Positions 63,333 through 64,000 of a DNA stretch of 64,000 nucleotides are shown piece by piece (position 1 is the stretch's first letter; each line of letters opens with the position of its first letter). The notes beneath the pieces were generated by a model that was not told the origin of the DNA, did not search any database, and worked only from the letters and a program-made list of their open reading frames with translations. The translations under genes were made by a program, and so were the position numbers. This DNA comes from an uncultured delta proteobacterium (GTDB lineage: Bacteria; Desulfobacterota; Binatia; Binatales; Binataceae), in contig CAVVEB010000002.1 in assembly GCA_963747115.1 (NCBI GenBank), positions 279,672-343,671 on the forward strand. The letters are read 5' to 3'.

Positions 63333-63870
63333 TTACCGCGAACACCTGGGCCGACACGCCGGTGACCGACGAAGAGCTGTCCGCCATCTGGGAGCTGGCC
63401 AGGTGGGCGCCCACCTCGGCGAACACCCAGCCGCTGCGGGTTCTTTACGCCGGCCGGGCGAGGGCAGGGAGCGCCTGCTCCCCTTCATGGCCGAAGGCAA
63501 CCGGGCCAAGACCGCCGCCGCCCCGGCCGTCGCCGTGCTTGCGGTAGACACCCGGTTCCACGAGCACATCCCGGCCGTGTTCCCCATGCGGCCGCAGATG
63601 AAGGACATGTTCGAGGCGAACGAGGAGTTGCGGGTAACCGGCGGCCGGTTCAACGCCGCGCTGCAGGCCGGGTACTTCATCCTCGCGGTGCGCGCCCTCG
63701 GGCTGGCCGCCGGGCCGATGACCGGCTACGACGCCGCTGGCCTCGACGCCGAGTTCTTCCCCGGCGGGCGGTACAAGTCCATCCTCGTGGTGAACATGGG
63801 CACCCAGGCAGAACCCTGGTACGGCCGGCTGCCGCGCCTGGACCACGAGGACGTCATCAGCTGGGCCTGA
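63308..63870 (+). CDS. nitroreductase (RutE / malonic semialdehyde reductase-like), N-terminally truncated and frameshifted near 63450
   Basis: LTANTWADTPVTDEELSAIWELARWAPTSANTQPLRV, then in the next frame GEGRERLLPFMAEGNRAKTAAAPAVAVLAVDTRFHE...AALQAGYFILAVRALGLAAGPMTGYD. Family similarity starts only at about 63332. GC3 is far higher than in the rest of the window. Confidence 0.7.
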
Positions 63871-63929
63871 GCCGACGGCTGACGGCCACAGGTAGAACCT
63901 TTCCCTCCTAATCAAGAATGGCTATTCGG

Positions 63930-63959
63930 TTGGCATTATCCACCTTCACGGGGTATAAT
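63930..63959 (+). promoter_or_regulatory. near-consensus sigma-70 promoter at the window edge
   Basis: TTGGCA-N18-TATAAT lies in a ~50% GC stretch. The downstream target lies beyond the window. Confidence 0.4.
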
Positions 63960-64000
63960 TGGTCCCGTAGCACCCTAACGCCCGTTACCGCAGTCTTCTC

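Overview
About 60% GC bacterial chromosomal DNA. I saw no rRNA, tRNA, CRISPR array, transposase or integrase. Order of content: (1) the distal half of a complex I operon (nuoH to nuoN); (2) a BON-domain gene, purU, an orphan RHH antitoxin fused to rsmI, aroQ and accBC; (3) a 1362-aa six-PAS hybrid histidine kinase with a short outer-membrane protein gene; (4) envelope genes (DUF1573, acyltransferase-3, GNAT); (5) a small decayed toxin-antitoxin and REP/MITE island at 21.2-25.4 kb, which also holds a terminator-bounded candidate ncRNA; (6) a TetR gene divergent from a ~1045-aa secreted protein with Thr/Ala repeats and seven Kelch blades; (7) nitroreductase, rhodanese, PduO, MBL and esterase genes; (8) a Tad/Flp pilus locus at 34.6-43.9 kb (sigma-54 promoter, two tandem flp genes, cpaB, cpaC, cpaE, cpaF, tadB, tadC, TPR); (9) bcp, DUF385 and HAD genes; (10) a domain-less sigma-54 activator with its own sigma-54 promoter; (11) xdhC and mocA; (12) an ECF sigma, anti-sigma and CpxP-like triad; (13) MBL, TPR, two alpha/beta hydrolases and a sirtuin; (14) RNase P RNA (rnpB); (15) an ArsA-like ATPase, rmuC, DUF482, clpS and clpA, and a GalT-like gene; (16) an abrupt compositional and homology junction at about 63332. 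The most striking property is that many well-conserved genes can only be read by changing frame. The breaks cluster strongly in nuoH/I and, above all, in cpaF-tadB-tadC (at least 20 breaks in 2.9 kb), while multi-kb neighbours are intact. I cannot tell from sequence alone whether this is gene decay or assembly error. I did not find a convincing, clearly novel multi-gene system. The best leads are the sigma-54/EBP/Tad circuit, the 21-25 kb island with its candidate ncRNA, and the 63.3 kb junction. All functional calls come from motif and family recognition by eye, with no database search. Start codons and frameshift positions are approximate.
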